Positions 1-7,109 of a DNA stretch of 10,376 nt are shown one piece after another. The translations under genes were made by a program, and so were the position numbers. The first letter of the stretch is position 1; the number at the start of each line of letters is the position of its first letter. A model generated the notes under the pieces. The model ran no database searches. It saw only the letters and a program-made list of their open reading frames with translations, and was not told the origin of the DNA. Source of the DNA: Promethearchaeia archaeon (GTDB lineage Archaea > Asgardarchaeota > Lokiarchaeia > Sigyniarchaeales > SOKP01); NCBI GenBank assembly GCA_029856045.1, contig JAHQWG010000005.1, positions 1-10,376 of the forward strand, in the 5' to 3' direction.

Positions 1-953
1 TGCTTTATAGTATTTTCCTTTATCAAACAAACTCCGGATTATTGATGTTTGATAAGAGTTTTCAAAGGATAAGTCATGGAAAAATGGAGTTATTCTCGTC
101 GTTTTTCTCGGCGATTAAAAGCTTTATTCAAGAAATGTTATTAGAGGGCTCAAAGGATTTGAAAAATATTGAGCTAGGAAATTATGTCGTAAAAATTACT
201 ACAATTCCTGGACTTAATGTCGATCTTGTTTTAATTATAGACCAAGAAGATAATAAAAAAGCTAATAAACTTATTCCTAAGATAATTAAAGTTTTACTTA
301 ATCATCAAGAAATTTTTATGGAGTGGAATGGAAATATAAATCTATTTGATATTTTGGATTATCCAGTTACCCAGTTAATTGGTTCTGAAAAATCATTAAT
401 AGATGAGAAAACTCTTACGGATAATCAAATGGAAGTTTTAAAATCAATTTGGGAGCAAAAAGGAGCACTCTCTCCCCAAAAAGTTGAGAATTTATTAAAA
501 GAAAAGCAATTTTTAGAAGATCGATTAAATCAAACCGAAAATTTATTAAGAAAACAAGAGATAATTGATAACATTTTAGAAATTTCTAATCAATTGAAGG
601 ATGATGATGGATATAGACAGTATCAGAAAATGCTCCAGCAGGTAAAAAGAGAGATCGATGATACAAAATTTAAAATTAAATATTATTTACAAAAAACAAA
701 AGAATCTTTAAGTGATTCTTTAAAAATTATAGGCCAGAAATCTCTTATTGAGGGAAATTATAAAGATACTTACTTAAATCTATATTCTTTTGGTTCAAAA
801 GTTCAAAAAATCTCTTCCGGAAATGATTATCTGAAATTTAAAGAAATGGCAAAAATGTTACTTGAAAAAGACGCGAACCGAGAATCAGAATTATCTCAGA
901 TCATAAAGGATATATTAAATTTAAAGGAAGAGGATATTGAAGATTATTTATGA
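1..953 (+). CDS. Longin-like N-terminal domain plus helical/coiled-coil C-terminal region, Asgard-type hypothetical protein (start codon probably cut by the window edge)
   Basis: The frame of ORF 42..953 is open back to the edge: (n)TG-CTT-TAT-AGT... gives (M)LYSIFLYQTNSGLLMFDKSF. This beta-hairpin start is followed by helix ELFSSFFSAIKSFIQEM, strands (LKNIEL, YVVKITT, VDLVLIID) and helices, matching the longin beta-beta-alpha-beta-beta-beta-alpha-alpha layout. The C-terminal half is K/E/Q/L-rich and coiled-coil-like. The fold call is inference. Confidence 0.6.
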   Translation, partial: LYSIFLYQTNSGLLMFDKSFQRISHGKMELFSSFFSAIKSFIQEMLLEGSKDLKNIELGNYVVKITTIPGLNVDLVLIIDQEDNKKANKLIPKIIKVLLNHQEIFMEWNGNINLFDILDYPVTQLIGSEKSLIDEKTLTDNQMEVLKSIWEQKGALSPQKVENLLKEKQFLEDRLNQTENLLRKQEIIDNILEISNQLKDDDGYRQYQKMLQQVKREIDDTKFKIKYYLQKTKESLSDSLKIIGQKSLIEGNYKDTYLNLYSFGSKVQKISSGNDYLKFKEMAKMLLEKDANRESELSQIIKDILNLKEEDIEDYL

Positions 954-971
954 ATAAAGCCTACCTTATAT

Positions 972-2159
972 TTATACCGTAGTAAATATCTCAACAACAT
1001 CTTCATTTTGTAACAAATAATTAATTCCTACTCTTTTTTTTTTCATCTGTGAATCTTTTCTGTAGACTACGGCATATTTAAAGTATTTATAAAAGCTTTT
1101 ATGTATTTTTAATGCGATATCTTTAACAGATGAGTCATTATCTACAATTAAAGGAGGTTCTGCTATTATATTTCCCGATTTTGTAAATATTTTAATCTTA
1201 TTAAGAAAGTTTAAAATTTTTTTACCGAAATCTATGAGCCCTTCATCTTTTATGCCACTAACACCAATAATTAATGGAAATTTATTTTCATATTTCTTTT
1301 TTAATAAATCGAATTGATTTTGGGTATTTGGCAAATCTCCTTTAGTCCCTAAAAGTATTATTTTTTTATAGGCAATTGAAGGATTTAATGCATCTGAAAC
1401 CATTTCTAAATTAATTTTTCCATAGATTTTTACTAATGCATTATGGATGCCACTTTCTTTTACCACTAGTTTAATATCTTCATCCTGATTCAAGTATTTT
1501 TTTGCTTCTTCAGTTAAATAAAGCACTTGAATTTTATTAGAGCCCGTTTTTTCAATATCAATTGGCGGTGGTGTTGTATTAATTCGGATATTTGCATTAT
1601 TTAATTCAGTTAATATTAATTTCATTTGTTTTTTAATATTTCTACCTAAATCTATGCAGATACATATTAAATCCGCGGAACGGATAGCTGATAATATCTC
1701 TAAACCATGACCAACGCCTTTTGAGGCACCTTTCATTAAAGCAGGCATATCTACTATTTGAAATTTAATGTTCTCAAATTTGTAGATTCCTATCTGGGGA
1801 ATAGGAGTAAATTTACCGATATTTTCACATTTTGCTCCTGTTAAATAATGGAAGATTGTTGTTTTTCCCGCTCCCGGCGTATTATAGTCGCTAATTAATA
1901 ATACTTGAATTCCTTCTGATTTTATTGAGAATGGACTAATTCTGGAGCTAAGTTTCTTTTGTCTTTTCTTATCAGACTCCAATTCATCTTTTAATTTCGC
2001 TAATCTTGTTCTATTTAAAGCAACAATTTTTTCCGTTGCCTTATGTTTTGGAACTAAAGATATGAATTCTTCTAATTTTTTGATTTTTTCTTCAAGTGAT
2101 TTTGCATCCAAATATTCTGCATATTTAGCTTTAGCCTCGGGACCGATATTGGAACTCAG
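972..2159 (-). CDS. DRG/OBG-family (RBG1-like) GTP-binding protein with C-terminal TGS domain, archaeal type
   Basis: N-terminal EEKIKKLEEFISLVPKHKATEK resembles the DRG helical domain (PKHKGTE/KNKAT). Other motifs: P-loop-like PGAGKTT, FT (G2), QIVDMPALMKGASKGVGHG (G3 region), RSADLI, TKGD (G4) and TGS-like VKDIALKIH...FKYAVV...RVGINYLLQNEDVVEI. The track starts at TTG 2111. The frame extends to CTG at 2159 (SSNIGPEAKAKYAEYLDAK), which fits the N-termini of archaeal homologs better. Confidence 0.85.
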   Translation of the reverse strand: MSSNIGPEAKAKYAEYLDAKSLEEKIKKLEEFISLVPKHKATEKIVALNRTRLAKLKDELESDKKRQKKLSSRISPFSIKSEGIQVLLISDYNTPGAGKTTIFHYLTGAKCENIGKFTPIPQIGIYKFENIKFQIVDMPALMKGASKGVGHGLEILSAIRSADLICICIDLGRNIKKQMKLILTELNNANIRINTTPPPIDIEKTGSNKIQVLYLTEEAKKYLNQDEDIKLVVKESGIHNALVKIYGKINLEMVSDALNPSIAYKKIILLGTKGDLPNTQNQFDLLKKKYENKFPLIIGVSGIKDEGLIDFGKKILNFLNKIKIFTKSGNIIAEPPLIVDNDSSVKDIALKIHKSFYKYFKYAVVYRKDSQMKKKRVGINYLLQNEDVVEIFTTV

Positions 2160-2201
2160 AGTATTTTTCCCTATATAATTTAATTATTTTTAATTGAATA
2201 T

Positions 2202-2657
2202 TTATAATATTGATTTAAATCGATCTTCTTCTTTTAGCTTCAAATCGCCAAGGATCTCATCGAATAAAGATATAAATTTTTTGAAATATTTAGGCTTTTT
2301 TGAAAAAATATCATTTATTGAATATCTGTTGATAAATCTATTAGAAACTAAATTTAATTGTTCTTGTACACTTTCTACGGCAAGTTTTTTATCAATAATT
2401 GCATAGGAAATTAGAGGTAGGGTATCTTCAGGAGTTGCAACTCCTGGTAGTGCTAATGGAATAGAAACACAAACTAGTTTAAATGAAGCAAGTGAGATCG
2501 TATCGATATCGTCGCCCATGACTTCGTGACTAAATCCATCAAGTGCTTGGAGAAATCCTGCTCTTAAATTTGGATCAAGTTGTTCGGGGGAGCTATAATA
2601 TTGAATTTGAATTAAATTTCTATTTCCTAAATTAATTCCAGTTTCATATATCGGCAT
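2202..2657 (-). CDS. Stand-alone longin-like small protein (Asgard-type hypothetical)
   Basis: 151 aa with ATG start. The pattern MPIYETGI..NLIQIQYY (two strands), DPNLRAGFLQALDGFSHEV (helix), IDTISLASFKLVCVS and LISYAIID (strands), then two C-terminal helices fits longin topology. Co-oriented between folD and the GTPase. The fold call is inference. Confidence 0.55.
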   Translation of the reverse strand: MPIYETGINLGNRNLIQIQYYSSPEQLDPNLRAGFLQALDGFSHEVMGDDIDTISLASFKLVCVSIPLALPGVATPEDTLPLISYAIIDKKLAVESVQEQLNLVSNRFINRYSINDIFSKKPKYFKKFISLFDEILGDLKLKEEDRFKSIL

Positions 2658-2763
2658 AAGGGTCTATTTTATTGAATATTTTAAAATTATAATTAAAATA
2701 ATCAAATAATAAATAAATTATGGTGTTATAAAATATTTCCATTCTGATTCTTTTTTAACCATA

Positions 2764-3639
2764 TTATAATTTAATTAGGTTTTTATAAGCATTATAAGTA
2801 TTTTGCATAAGCATATGAGTCGTCATTGGTCCCACTCCTCCGGGAACTGGTGTTATTCTTGAAACTTTTGGAAGAATATTTTCAAAATCTGCATCACCAT
2901 ACAAATGTCCATCGACGCGCGTAATTCCCACGTCAATAATTACAACGCCTTCTTTAATTTGATCAGCCTTTATAAATTTCGGTTTTCCTACTGCAACAAT
3001 TAAAATATCGGCGTTCTTAATATATTTATTTATATCATTAGTTTTAGTATGGCAAACACTAATAGTAGCATTTCTTTTTAATAGCATAAAAATCAAAGGT
3101 TTTCCAACAAGCCTACTTCTATTGATAATTGTTACATCTTTTCCAGAGAGCTCAATATTATAATATTCCAATAACTTAATAATGCCTTTTGGAGTACAAG
3201 GACTTAAATATTCATTATAATTGAATAAATTTCCTGAATTTATAGGATTTAATCCATCAACATCTTTTTTTGGATCAATTGTAGCTAAAAATTGATTTGT
3301 ATTTTCTATCAGATTTTGTGGGAGTGGTAATTGCAATAAAATTCCATGAATGGAAGGATCAGTATTTAATCGATTTATTTCACTTAATAATTGATTTTTA
3401 TTAATATTTTTATCTAATTCTATGGATACACTTTCAATATTAACTTTGTCACATATTTTTTTCTTAATATTGATATATACTTTGGAAGCCGGATTATCTC
3501 CTACAAGGATAGTAGCTAATTTTGGTTTAATTCCAAATTTCTTGATATCTTTCTCGATCTGCTGCTTCAGTTTTTGATTTAATTCTTCTGCTAATTTTTT
3601 TCCATCTATAATTTTTTCTTTTTGCATATTGATGTTCAT
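2764..3639 (-). CDS. folD: Bifunctional 5,10-methylene-THF dehydrogenase / methenyl-THF cyclohydrolase
   Basis: Motifs IIDGKKLA, ILVGDNPASKVYINIK (YxxxK), HGILLQLPLP, KDVDGL, PCTPKGI, NRSRLVGKP, CHTKT, IIDVGI and TPVPGGVGPMT. An alternative start is Met5 (3627). Confidence 0.97.
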   Translation of the reverse strand: MNINMQKEKIIDGKKLAEELNQKLKQQIEKDIKKFGIKPKLATILVGDNPASKVYINIKKKICDKVNIESVSIELDKNINKNQLLSEINRLNTDPSIHGILLQLPLPQNLIENTNQFLATIDPKKDVDGLNPINSGNLFNYNEYLSPCTPKGIIKLLEYYNIELSGKDVTIINRSRLVGKPLIFMLLKRNATISVCHTKTNDINKYIKNADILIVAVGKPKFIKADQIKEGVVIIDVGITRVDGHLYGDADFENILPKVSRITPVPGGVGPMTTHMLMQNTYNAYKNLIKL

Positions 3640-3670
3640 TTTAAATCTCTTTAAACACTTATTGAGTCTA

Positions 3671-3686
3671 TATTTAAAATTTCTAT
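3671..3686 (-). promoter_or_regulatory. Putative archaeal BRE + TATA promoter for folD
   Basis: The minus strand reads ATAGAAAT-TTTAAATA, a purine-rich BRE-like stretch followed by a TTTAAATA box (3678-3671) about 32 nt upstream of the folD ATG. The AT-rich background weakens the signal. Confidence 0.45.
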
Positions 3687-3909
3687 TAATTCTTAAAGAA
3701 TTGGCTTAATTTAATTTACTTATTTTTTAAACTTTACAATTATGCCACTAATAAAATCAATAATATTTTATTTTTTCTCTGTTAGCAATTATGATATGGT
3801 TATAAACTTAATTCTAATAAAAATCATTAACAATTTTAAAATAATAAGTATTAAATAGAAAATCTAAATAAATTGTTGAAATTGCTAATCGAACCTAACT
3901 TAATAATGC

Positions 3910-3917
3910 TTTAAATA
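3910..3917 (+). promoter_or_regulatory. Putative archaeal TATA box for the lysine fermentation cluster
   Basis: TTTAAATA followed by TATATATC, about 85 nt upstream of the kal ATG. Other TATA-like boxes occur nearby, so the position is uncertain. Confidence 0.3.
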
Positions 3918-3987
3918 TATATATCTTTTATTTTTACTTAAATTATTATAAGTTAAACAATAAGAGAATCAAAAAAAATTAATTATT

Positions 3988-3992
3988 AGGAG
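3988..3992 (+). promoter_or_regulatory. Shine-Dalgarno site of kal
   Basis: AGGAG 7 nt upstream of ATG 4000, conspicuous in an otherwise G-poor spacer. Confidence 0.7.
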
Positions 3993-3999
3993 ATAAATA

Positions 4000-4380
4000 A
4001 TGAGTGCTTTAATAAGAGTTAGAATGAGTCTGCATGATGCTCATTATGGTGGGAATTTGGTGGATGGAGCCAAAATACTCCAACTTTTTGGGGATGTAGC
4101 TACAGAGCTTTTAATTAGAAATGACGGTGATGAAGGACTTTTCAGAGCATATGATACTATTGAATTTTTAGCCCCAGTATATGCAGGAGATTTTATTGAA
4201 GCAGAAGGAAAAATAGTTGAATCAGGAAATACATCTAGGAAAATAAAATTTAAAGCAACAAAAGTGATTACTCAAAAACCTGAGATCAGTGATTCTGCAG
4301 CTGATATTTTGGACAAACCTATAATAGTATGTAAAGCAAGTGGAACTTGTGTTGTTCCAAAAGAAAAACAAAGAAAATAG
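4000..4380 (+). CDS. kal: 3-aminobutyryl-CoA ammonia-lyase (hotdog fold)
   Basis: Signature [20 protein letters not shown]...[23 protein letters not shown]...[14 protein letters not shown]...GNTSRK...[13 protein letters not shown]. First gene of the lysine fermentation cluster. Confidence 0.93.
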   Translation: MSALIRVRMSLHDAHYGGNLVDGAKILQLFGDVATELLIRNDGDEGLFRAYDTIEFLAPVYAGDFIEAEGKIVESGNTSRKIKFKATKVITQKPEISDSAADILDKPIIVCKASGTCVVPKEKQRK

Positions 4381-4392
4381 AGAAGAAATATT

Positions 4393-5217
4393 ATGGAGAA
4401 ACTTATTATTACTACAGCAATATGTGGGGCAGAGGTTACTAAAGAACTAAATCCAAATGTTCCATATACTATTGATGAAATAGCAAAAGAAGCTGAATCT
4501 GCATATAAAGCTGGAGCAAGCATCATCCATTTACATGTGAGAGAAGATAATGGTACTCCTACTCAAAATCTAGACAGATTCAAAGTATGTATAGAAGAGA
4601 TACAAAATCGATGTCCGGATGTTATAATTCAACCTTCTACTGGGGGTGCTGTAGGTATGAGTAATAAAGAAAGACTCCAACCAATTTATCTAGAACCTCC
4701 TCCTGAAATGGCTACTCTTGACTGTGGTACTTGTAATTTTGGGGGAGATGAGATTTTTATAAATACTGAAAATACTATTATAGAATTTGCTAAAAAAATG
4801 AATGAACGGGGTATTAAGCCGGAATTAGAATGTTTTGATAAGGGCATGCTTGATATGGCATTAAAATTGCATGATAAAGGACATATCAAAGATCCGATGC
4901 ATTTTAATTTTGTATTAGGTGTTAATGGTGGTATAAAGGCAAGCGCAAGAGATTTAATTTTTTTAGTTGAAAGTATTCCTAATGATTCGACATATTCAGT
5001 ATGTGCTATAGGAAGACACGAGTTTCCAATGGTAACTTTATCAATAATAATGGGTGGTCATGCAAGAGTTGGATTTGAAGATAATATATACTTATCCAAA
5101 GGGGTTTTAGCAAAATCTAATGGAGAATTAGTCGAGAAGATTGTAAGAATCTCAAGGGAATTAGGAAGAGAAATTGCTACTCCTATAGATGCCAGGAAAA
5201 TATTGGGATTGAATTAA
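4393..5217 (+). CDS. kce: 3-keto-5-aminohexanoate cleavage enzyme (BKACE/DUF849 family)
   Basis: KLIITxAICGAE start, HLHVR Zn motif, STGG, LDCGTCNFG, PELECFD, GGHARVGFEDN and SNGELV. Genomic context with kal, kdd and kam genes. Confidence 0.95.
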   Translation: MEKLIITTAICGAEVTKELNPNVPYTIDEIAKEAESAYKAGASIIHLHVREDNGTPTQNLDRFKVCIEEIQNRCPDVIIQPSTGGAVGMSNKERLQPIYLEPPPEMATLDCGTCNFGGDEIFINTENTIIEFAKKMNERGIKPELECFDKGMLDMALKLHDKGHIKDPMHFNFVLGVNGGIKASARDLIFLVESIPNDSTYSVCAIGRHEFPMVTLSIIMGGHARVGFEDNIYLSKGVLAKSNGELVEKIVRISRELGREIATPIDARKILGLN

Positions 5218-5247
5218 ATTAATTAAATATTAAAATAAGATTGAATT

Positions 5248-5955
5248 ATGTATAGAGAAATTGCCTTATATTATGATTTGATTTATTCATGGAAAGATTA
5301 TAAGAAAGAAGCTAAAAAAGTTAAAAAATTAATTTTTAAATTTAAAAAATCAGATGGGAATGAGCTTCTTGATGTTGCTTGTGGTACTGGAAAGCACTTA
5401 GAGTATCTTAAGGATATTTTTTCTTGTATGGGTGTCGATATTAATGAAGAAATGCTGTATATTGCAAAAAAAAATGCTAGGGGAGTTAGTTTTAAAAAAG
5501 CAGACATGCTTACATTAAATCTCAAAAAGAAATTTGATGTAATTATTTGCTTATTTAGTTCAATTGGTTATGTAAAAACTTATTCAAATTTAAAAAAATG
5601 TATTCAAAATTTTGCATACCATTTAAAAAAAGGTGGTGTTGTAATATTTGAACCATGGCTTACAAAATCCACTTATATAGAAGGTTATCCACATATGGAT
5701 ACTTATGATGGTGAAGATATAAAAATCGCAAGATTAAATATTTCAAAAATTGAAGGAAATCTCTCAGTTCTGGATATGCACTACTTAATTGCGGAGAGAA
5801 ATAAAGAAATTAAATATTATAAGGATAGACATGAATTGGGTCTTTTTGAGGTGGATAGAACTTTAGTATTTATGAAAGAAGTTGGTTTACAATCAAAATT
5901 TTTGAAAAATGGGTTAATGAAAGATAGAGGACTTTATATAGGAGTTAAAGAATAG
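5248..5955 (+). CDS. Class I SAM-dependent methyltransferase, TylM1/DesVI-like N,N-dimethyltransferase family
   Basis: Motif I LLDVACGTGKH, plus YDLIY..KDY..EA, FDVIICLFSSIGY, GGVVIFEPW, HYLIA, RHELGLF and C-terminal RGLYIG. These run colinearly with TylM1/DesVI as recalled (YDL..KDY..EA, LLDVACGTG, CMFSSIG, VVVEPW, HYLVA, RGLFTG). Confidence 0.85.
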   Translation: MYREIALYYDLIYSWKDYKKEAKKVKKLIFKFKKSDGNELLDVACGTGKHLEYLKDIFSCMGVDINEEMLYIAKKNARGVSFKKADMLTLNLKKKFDVIICLFSSIGYVKTYSNLKKCIQNFAYHLKKGGVVIFEPWLTKSTYIEGYPHMDTYDGEDIKIARLNISKIEGNLSVLDMHYLIAERNKEIKYYKDRHELGLFEVDRTLVFMKEVGLQSKFLKNGLMKDRGLYIGVKE

Positions 5956-6030
5956 ATATTTTTTACTTAGGTTAGTGTATGTGAAATATTTTAATTTATT
6001 ATCTTATCTTATATTAATTTGGATGATATT

Positions 6031-7068
6031 ATGAAAAAAGGAAATAAATATGGAACACACAGAGTAGTTGAGCCGCAAGGTGTTCTTCCTCAGGCTGCAA
6101 ATAAGATATCAAATGATATGGAGCTATATGATAATGAAATTTTAATCGATGTTATTTCTCTAAATATTGATTCTGCAAGTTTTTCTCAACTTAAGGATGA
6201 AGCAGGTGGAAATGTAGAAAAAATTAAAAAAAAAATTTTGAAAATTGTAAATGATAAGGGTAAAATGCAGAACCCTGTCACTGGTTCTGGAGGAATGTTA
6301 ATTGGAAAAGTAGAGAAAATTGGAACCTCTTTAAAGGAAAAAATTAATTTGAAAGTTGGAGATAAAATTGCTACATTAGTCTCACTTACACTAACACCGC
6401 TTAGAATCGATAAAATCCTTGATATAAAACCTGATATTGACCGAGTTGATATTAATGGGAAGGCGATACTTTTTGAAAGTGGAATATACGCAAAAATTCC
6501 AGAGGATATGGAAGACACATTAGCATTAGCTATTTTTGACGTGGCAGGTGCTCCAGCTCAAACTACTAAACTTGTAAAACCGGGAGATCATGTCTTAATA
6601 CTTGGAGCAACTGGAAAATCCGGATTAATGTGCTCTTATATGGCTAAAAAAAAAGTTGGACCGCAGGGTAAAGTAATAGGACAAGCACGAAATGAAAAAC
6701 GTGCCAATTTTCTTAAAAGCACAGAATTTTGTCATGAAGTTATTATTGCGGATGTTCTTAAACCTATAGAAGTTTTAAGTGAAGCTTTAAAAGCCAATAA
6801 TGGAAAAGAAGTTGATATTTCGATTAATTGTTTAAGTATTCCTAATACAGAGATGTCTAGTATTCTTCCGGTTAAGGAAAATGGAGTGGTCTACTTCTTT
6901 TCTATGGCAACAAGCTTTACAAAGGCAGCATTAGGGGCCGAAGGTGTGGGGAAAGATGTTGTTATGATAATTGGAAATGGATATACAAAAGGTCACGCTC
7001 AAATAGCTTTAGATGAGTTAAGAGAATCTGATAAATTAAGGAAAATTTTTGAGGAAAAGTTCATTTAA
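6031..7068 (+). CDS. kdd: L-erythro-3,5-diaminohexanoate dehydrogenase
   Basis: MKKGxKYGTHRVVEPQGVLPQ, LNIDSASF, GKMQNPVTGSGGMLIG, ATLVSLTLTPL, DVAGAPAQ, GATGKSG, FFSMATSFTKAALGAEG and IGNGY. ATG 6031 (preceded by GGATGA) fits homolog N-termini better than the track's TTG 6019. Confidence 0.93.
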   Translation: MKKGNKYGTHRVVEPQGVLPQAANKISNDMELYDNEILIDVISLNIDSASFSQLKDEAGGNVEKIKKKILKIVNDKGKMQNPVTGSGGMLIGKVEKIGTSLKEKINLKVGDKIATLVSLTLTPLRIDKILDIKPDIDRVDINGKAILFESGIYAKIPEDMEDTLALAIFDVAGAPAQTTKLVKPGDHVLILGATGKSGLMCSYMAKKKVGPQGKVIGQARNEKRANFLKSTEFCHEVIIADVLKPIEVLSEALKANNGKEVDISINCLSIPNTEMSSILPVKENGVVYFFSMATSFTKAALGAEGVGKDVVMIIGNGYTKGHAQIALDELRESDKLRKIFEEKFI

Positions 7069-7109
7069 TATAAATAAGTATATAAAATGATGAAAAAAAG
7101 GCAGAACAA

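Noticed and set aside
2194-2406. 70-aa plus-strand ORF
   Set aside because: Antisense shadow of the longin-like gene, with no recognisable motif.
3640-3999. Lysine or THF riboswitch, or ncRNA, in the divergent intergenic region
   Set aside because: The region is extremely AT-rich with no GC-containing stems or conserved riboswitch cores visible. An Infernal/Rfam scan would be the formal test.
6226-6235. Homopolymer runs (A10 in kdd; similar runs in the methyltransferase and GTPase genes) as phase-variation or frameshift sites
   Set aside because: Frames are intact and such runs are expected from consecutive Lys codons in an AT-rich genome.
4272-6518. Minus-strand ORFs 4272..4526, 4686..4889, 5298..5525 and 6186..6518
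   Set aside because: All lie antisense to well-supported genes and have the S/F/I/P-rich composition typical of shadow ORFs.
7087-7093. Box C motif ATGATGA suggesting a C/D sRNA
   Set aside because: No box D (CTGA) at a suitable distance, and the downstream sequence is kamA coding region.
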